NCBI GenBank assembly: GCA_051883075.1 | Contig: JBJETA010000005.1 | Location: forward strand, 8,126-72,125 | Origin: Anaerovoracaceae bacterium | Lineage (GTDB): Bacteria > Bacillota > Clostridia > Peptostreptococcales > Anaerovoracaceae | Reading direction: 5' to 3' | DNA: 64,000 nt | Part shown: piece after piece, positions 59,833-64,000 of the stretch | Layout: each line of letters begins with the position of its first letter | Position numbering within the stretch: the stretch's first letter is position 1 | Notes under the pieces: model-generated | What the model was told of the DNA's origin: nothing | What the model saw: only the letters and a program-made list of their open reading frames with translations | The model's database searches: none | Position numbers and translations under genes: made by a program

Positions 59833-60546
59833 ATGCAGACAATTATTGGTATTATTGCAGTGCCTCTTGGGTGGCTACTGAGCTTTATTTACGGCTTGGT
59901 TAATAACTATGGTATTACTTTGGTACTATTCACCGTTTTAGTAAAGGGATGTTTATATCCTCTTTACGCAAGCCAGATTAAATCAACGGCTGCTATGGCG
60001 GACATTCAGCCTAAGATGCAGGCATTGCAGAAAAAGTATGCACATGACAAAGAAATGCTTAATATAAAGCTGATGGAGCTTTATAAAGAAGAAAAGTTTA
60101 ATCCTATGGGCGGATGCTTGCCTATGCTTATCCAGATGCCTATAATCTTTGGACTTTTTGCTTTACTTAGAAATCCAATGGCTTATATTTCCGCAGATTC
60201 AATGCTATTGGCTATTCATGAATCATTTTTATGGGTTATGGACCTGAGCCAGCCTGATTTATGGATACTTCCTATAGCAGCAGGTGTATCTACTTTTATT
60301 TCTTTCAGTCAGACACAGGCACAGCAGGCAGCTATGGGCGGAGCAAACAATCAGATGGCTCCTATGATGAAGATGATGAAAATCATTTTCCCTGTTATGA
60401 TTGTACTAATGGGTAGATCATTCCCTGCAGGTCTTACTATTTATTGGTTTGTTGGTACTTTAGTTCAGATTGGTTTCAACTTTAGACTTAACAAGCTGAG
60501 AAAGAAAATGAGAGCAGAATCACAAAAGAAGAAGCATAAGAAATAA
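59833..60546 (+). CDS. yidC: Membrane protein insertase YidC/OxaA (short Gram-positive type)
   Basis: Five-TM YidC core (GCLPMLIQMPIIFGLF, GLTIYWFVGTLVQIG) and a basic C-terminal tail. Confidence 0.9.
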   Translation: MQTIIGIIAVPLGWLLSFIYGLVNNYGITLVLFTVLVKGCLYPLYASQIKSTAAMADIQPKMQALQKKYAHDKEMLNIKLMELYKEEKFNPMGGCLPMLIQMPIIFGLFALLRNPMAYISADSMLLAIHESFLWVMDLSQPDLWILPIAAGVSTFISFSQTQAQQAAMGGANNQMAPMMKMMKIIFPVMIVLMGRSFPAGLTIYWFVGTLVQIGFNFRLNKLRKKMRAESQKKKHKK

Positions 60547-60575
60547 AAAGCATTTATTTTGAAGGGAATTTAAAT

Positions 60576-61400
60576 ATGGATTACGCAGAAAAGTGGGGGA
60601 AGGACGAAGAAGAAGCTATAAGACTTGCCCTCATTGATTTAAAACTCTCAAGAGAAGATGTTGATGTAATTGTATTGGAGGAATCTTCAAAAGGCTTTTT
60701 CGGTATTGGCTCAAAACTTGCTAAAGTAAGAGTTCAAAAAAAGGCAGCTTTGGCAGAAGCTGAAGAAAAGGCAAAAGAAGCTGAAAAAGAAACGCCAATC
60801 GCAGTTGCTCATAATGATTCTCTCAAGGAGAAGAATAAAAAAGAATTTGTAAAAAAAGAAAAAAAGGAGCAGAGAGAAGTAAGAGAAAAGACTCAGGCAA
60901 GAAGGTATGAAAGTGAAGAAAGCCTTAAGAGCGAAAAGCCTGATGATTTAGTTCCTGTTGAATCTTCTCCGGCTTTGGATTTCTTAAAGGATGTAACTGA
61001 AAAGATGGGTATTGAAGTTACAGTTACAGCCGCTGAAAACGAAAACAGCATTTATGTTGACATCAACGGAAAAGACTCCGGTACTGTTATAGGTAAGAGA
61101 GGACAGACTCTTGATGCACTTCAGTATCTTACTCGTCTTGTTGTAAACAAGGATGATGAAAAATATAAGAGAGTTGTTGTTGATGCAGAAAACTATAGAG
61201 CTAAGAGAGAAAAGACTTTGGAACAGCTTGCAAACAGACTTGCTGACAAGGTTATAAGAACAAGAAGAAGTGTAAGACTTGAACCGATGAATCCTTATGA
61301 AAGAAAAATCATTCATGCAACACTTCAGAACAACCCTAAAATCACTACAAAGAGTGAAGGTGAAGAACCTTACAGAAGGGTTATAATTGAATTAAAGTAG
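60576..61400 (+). CDS. jag: Jag/KhpB RNA-binding protein (Jag_N, KH, R3H)
   Basis: N-terminal Jag domain, a K/E-rich linker, KH (GKRGQTLDALQYL) and R3H (ERKIIHATL). Conserved yidC-jag synteny. Confidence 0.88.
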   Translation: MDYAEKWGKDEEEAIRLALIDLKLSREDVDVIVLEESSKGFFGIGSKLAKVRVQKKAALAEAEEKAKEAEKETPIAVAHNDSLKEKNKKEFVKKEKKEQREVREKTQARRYESEESLKSEKPDDLVPVESSPALDFLKDVTEKMGIEVTVTAAENENSIYVDINGKDSGTVIGKRGQTLDALQYLTRLVVNKDDEKYKRVVVDAENYRAKREKTLEQLANRLADKVIRTRRSVRLEPMNPYERKIIHATLQNNPKITTKSEGEEPYRRVIIELK

Positions 61401-61405
61401 AATTA

Positions 61406-61434
61406 AAGTACCGCGCACATGCGGTACTTTTTTT
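61406..61434 (+). terminator. Intrinsic terminator of jag
   Basis: GTACCGC-gcacat-GCGGTAC followed by TTTTTTT. Confidence 0.85.
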
Positions 61435-61613
61435 ACCGCAGGATATTTATTTTTTAAAATAAAAATAATGTACAATACAATTCGGTAAAACTCTAAATAT
61501 ATACTTGTATATTTATATATATAATTATAAAATAAAGGGTAAAGCTAAATTTGGTTAGAATATTTTAAATAGTTTATAGGAGGATGCGGATACTTGATAC
61601 CCGCAGATAAGAA

Positions 61614-63050
61614 ATGGAAGATACTATTGCGGCGGTTGCTACCGCTTATGGTGAAGGCGGCATAGGAATCATAAGAATAAGCGGTGAAAATGCTTTGGAG
61701 GTTTTGAACAAGGTATTTGTTCCAATGAAGAAAACCAAGAGAAAATCAGAAGATGGATTTATGCCTGAAGCTGTTGATATAACTTTAAATACGCCTATCG
61801 TAAATAGACGATTAACTTACGGTCATATTGTTGATTACAATACAGATAAGGTCATAGATGAAGTGCTTGCGGTATATATGAAGGCACCTTATACTTATAC
61901 GACTGAAGATGTGGTTGAGATAAACTGTCACGGGAGCATCGTATCCTTGAGAAAGGTGCTGGAGCTTGTTTTAAAAAGCGGTGCCAGAATGGCAGAGCCC
62001 GGTGAGTTTACAAAGAGGGCATTTTTAAACGGCAGACTTGATTTAACTCAGGCGGAGGCTGTTATTGATCTGATAAAAGCTAAGAGTGATAAAACCTTTG
62101 ATGTTGCTCTGGAGCAGTTGGACGGAAGCATTTCAACAAGGATAAGGAAAATCAGGGCATTGCTTATGGACGAGCTTGTGAACATTACCGTGAACCTTGA
62201 TTATCCCGATGAAGATATAGAGGTTATTGTATATGAAAAGCTGTCGGATAACCTATCGCAAATAGGCGATATGATTCAAAAATTAATAGATTCGGCGGAT
62301 ACAGGCAGAATTATAAAAGAGGGCTTTAAAATAGCTATAGTAGGTAAGCCGAATGTGGGTAAGTCATCTCTTATGAATGCCCTGTTAAAAGAAACGAGAG
62401 CAATTGTTACAGATATACCGGGAACTACGAGAGATACTATAGTTGAAGATATAAATATAAAAGGTATTCCTGTTAAACTGATTGATACGGCGGGAATACA
62501 TGAAACTGAAGATACTGTTGAGAAAATAGGTATCGAAAAAAGCAAGGAGTCTTTCAATCAGGCTGACCTTGTGGTGCTGATAATTGACGGAAGTCAGGGC
62601 ATTACCGGGGAGGATATGAATATCATAGAAACTGTTGAAAACAGAAAAGCACTTGTTTTGATAAATAAGATTGATTTGGGCATGGTAATGTCCGATTCCG
62701 ATATAGCAAAGCTTAAGGATAAGATGCCGAATGCGCTATTTATAAAAACTGCAGTTAAGGACAGTAAGGGACTGGAGGAAATAGAAGATGAGATAGAGCG
62801 GCTTGTATATAACGGTGATATAAAACAGAGCGGTTCTATATTTGTAACAAATGTAAGACATTCAAATCTGCTGGTTTCCGCTAAATCGTCATTAGACGAT
62901 GCGATAAATATGGTTCACCTTGGTGAGGCACTTGAGTTCATAGAAATAGATGTGAAAAGATGCTGGGAGCTGCTTGGTGAAATCATAGGTGAAACAGTAG
63001 GAGACAGCATTATAGATGAAGTATTTGCGAGATTCTGTCTTGGAAAATAG
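61614..63050 (+). CDS. mnmE: tRNA modification GTPase MnmE
   Basis: DTIAAVATAYGEGGIGIIRISG N-terminus, G domain (GKPNVGKSSLMN, DTAG, NKID) and a C-terminal CLGK. Confidence 0.95.
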   Translation: MEDTIAAVATAYGEGGIGIIRISGENALEVLNKVFVPMKKTKRKSEDGFMPEAVDITLNTPIVNRRLTYGHIVDYNTDKVIDEVLAVYMKAPYTYTTEDVVEINCHGSIVSLRKVLELVLKSGARMAEPGEFTKRAFLNGRLDLTQAEAVIDLIKAKSDKTFDVALEQLDGSISTRIRKIRALLMDELVNITVNLDYPDEDIEVIVYEKLSDNLSQIGDMIQKLIDSADTGRIIKEGFKIAIVGKPNVGKSSLMNALLKETRAIVTDIPGTTRDTIVEDINIKGIPVKLIDTAGIHETEDTVEKIGIEKSKESFNQADLVVLIIDGSQGITGEDMNIIETVENRKALVLINKIDLGMVMSDSDIAKLKDKMPNALFIKTAVKDSKGLEEIEDEIERLVYNGDIKQSGSIFVTNVRHSNLLVSAKSSLDDAINMVHLGEALEFIEIDVKRCWELLGEIIGETVGDSIIDEVFARFCLGK

Positions 63051-63065
63051 TTGGGAGATAAATTT

Positions 63066-64000
63066 ATGAATTATTATATCATGGGTGAATATGACGTTAT
63101 AGTTATAGGTGCCGGTCATGCAGGCTGCGAAGCAGCTCTTGCTTCCGCACGAATGGGAAAAAAGACTTTGGCGCTTTCAATAAATCTTGAAGCTGTTGCA
63201 ATGATGGCATGCAATCCTTCTATAGGAGGAACGGGAAAGGGTCATCTTGTAAGGGAAATAGATGCTCTTGGCGGAGAGATGGGCATTAATATTGATAAGA
63301 CTTTTATACAGAGCAAAATGTTAAATACGGCAAAAGGACCTGCGGTTCATTCACTCAGAGCACAGGCTGATAAGCACAGATACCATGTTGAAATGAAACG
63401 GACTATGGAAAAAGAGGAAAATCTTGATTTGAGACAGGGCGAAGCCGTTGATATATTTGTTGAAGACGGAAAGGCCTGCGGTGTCATTTTGAAAACCGGT
63501 GCAGCCTACAGGGCTAAAGCTGTTGTACTGGCTACCGGAACATTTCTGAGAGGTAAGATTTTTATAGGAGAATGGGCATTTAACAGCGGACCGAACGGTC
63601 TGGCACCGTCTATGGAGCTTTCTGAAAATCTTGAGAAGCATGGTATGAAGTTCAGAAGATTTAAGACAGGTACACCTGCAAGGGCTCTGGCATCAAGTTT
63701 GGATTATTCAAAGATGCAGGAGCAGAAGGGTGATGAGAATATAGTTCCTTTTTCCTTTATGAATGACGATTTGGGAAAAAATCAGATTTCATGTTGGCTG
63801 ACTTATACAAATGAAAATACCCATACTGTCATCAGAAATAATTTTTCAAGGTCTGCACTTTTCGGCGGTCAGATAGAAGGAGTAGGTCCACGATATTGTC
63901 CTTCCATCGAGGATAAAGTGAACAGGTTTGCCGATAAGGAAAGACACCAGTTATTTATTGAACCGGAAGGTCTTGATACTGAGGAAATGTACATACAGGG
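63066..64000 (+). CDS. mnmG: tRNA uridine 5-carboxymethylaminomethyl modification enzyme MnmG (5' partial, runs off window)
   Basis: Translates to [31 protein letters not shown]...[21 protein letters not shown]. The frame is open to the window end. It is absent from the ORF track because there is no stop. Confidence 0.95.
   Translation, partial: MNYYIMGEYDVIVIGAGHAGCEAALASARMGKKTLALSINLEAVAMMACNPSIGGTGKGHLVREIDALGGEMGINIDKTFIQSKMLNTAKGPAVHSLRAQADKHRYHVEMKRTMEKEENLDLRQGEAVDIFVEDGKACGVILKTGAAYRAKAVVLATGTFLRGKIFIGEWAFNSGPNGLAPSMELSENLEKHGMKFRRFKTGTPARALASSLDYSKMQEQKGDENIVPFSFMNDDLGKNQISCWLTYTNENTHTVIRNNFSRSALFGGQIEGVGPRYCPSIEDKVNRFADKERHQLFIEPEGLDTEEMYIQ

Noticed and set aside
61435-61613. An extremely AT-rich 180-bp jag-mnmE spacer, considered as an extra DnaA-box cluster or unwinding element. 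A cluster exists near jag/trmE in B. subtilis.
   Set aside because: No sequence within two mismatches of TTATCCACA/TGTGGATAA was seen in it. It most likely holds just the promoter and 5' UTR of mnmE-mnmG.
61578-61616. A strong AGGAGG sits 30 nt upstream of the mnmE ATG. An abutting ATG (61584) opens an in-frame 8-codon mini-ORF (MRILDTRR) that ends one codon before the mnmE start. A small TGCGG/CCGCA hairpin is also present.
   Set aside because: The SD-to-ATG spacing is 0 nt for the mini-ORF, so its translation is doubtful. The mnmE N-terminus (MEDTIAAVATA...) fits the family well from 61614. I cannot distinguish translational coupling from coincidence without data.

Overview
This 64 kb window is the chromosomal replication-origin region of a low-GC Firmicute. 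The spore-associated yabP/yabQ/divIC genes, the clostridial-type replication genes and the gene order suggest a Clostridia, Lachnospiraceae-like organism. The right third holds the origin core. On the minus strand run dnaA, dnaN, recF, a small AT-rich LysR/NmrA/DUF2798 insert, gyrB and gyrA. On the plus strand, diverging from the same point, run rpmH, rnpA, yidD, yidC, jag, mnmE and mnmG. DnaA boxes flank dnaA on both sides, and a DnaA-trio-like TAG repeat sits in the dnaA-dnaN spacer. The middle holds a second conserved block: yybS, gdpP, rplI, the dnaB helicase, a DnaD-like protein and an M23 peptidase, plus rpsF-ssb-rpsR. Around these are housekeeping and accessory genes: ribokinase, a tandem aldolase, idi, PAP2, plsC, trpS, a sigma/anti-sigma pair, a WalRK-like two-component system, rubrerythrin, MATE, ltaS, rsmA and rnmV. 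The left part carries an almost complete aromatic amino-acid locus, aroF-tyrA-aroB-aroA-aroC-pheA-aroE on the plus strand converging on aroK-aroD, flanked by ilvA, a GGDEF protein, ridA and ybaK. I found no rRNA, tRNA, CRISPR array, transposase or recognisable defence system. Six observations deserve follow-up:
- A 38-codon leader ORF with 11 aromatic residues, followed by a strong terminator, lies upstream of the aro operon and looks like a ribosome-mediated attenuator.
- A cluster of four perfect and one near-perfect DnaA boxes is embedded in the idi/PAP2 coding sequences about 16 kb from oriC.
- The DnaD-like protein carries the N-terminal zinc module of a helicase loader but no AAA+ domain.
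- An RsbW-like anti-sigma factor with degenerate ATP-binding motifs and no partner is coupled to a sigma factor and trpS.
- Two tandem uncharacterised membrane-anchored paralogues sit directly upstream of ybaK.
- A GC-rich aroA carries a low-complexity in-frame insertion.
All calls rest on reading the sequence and ORF translations by eye, with no database search or folding run.
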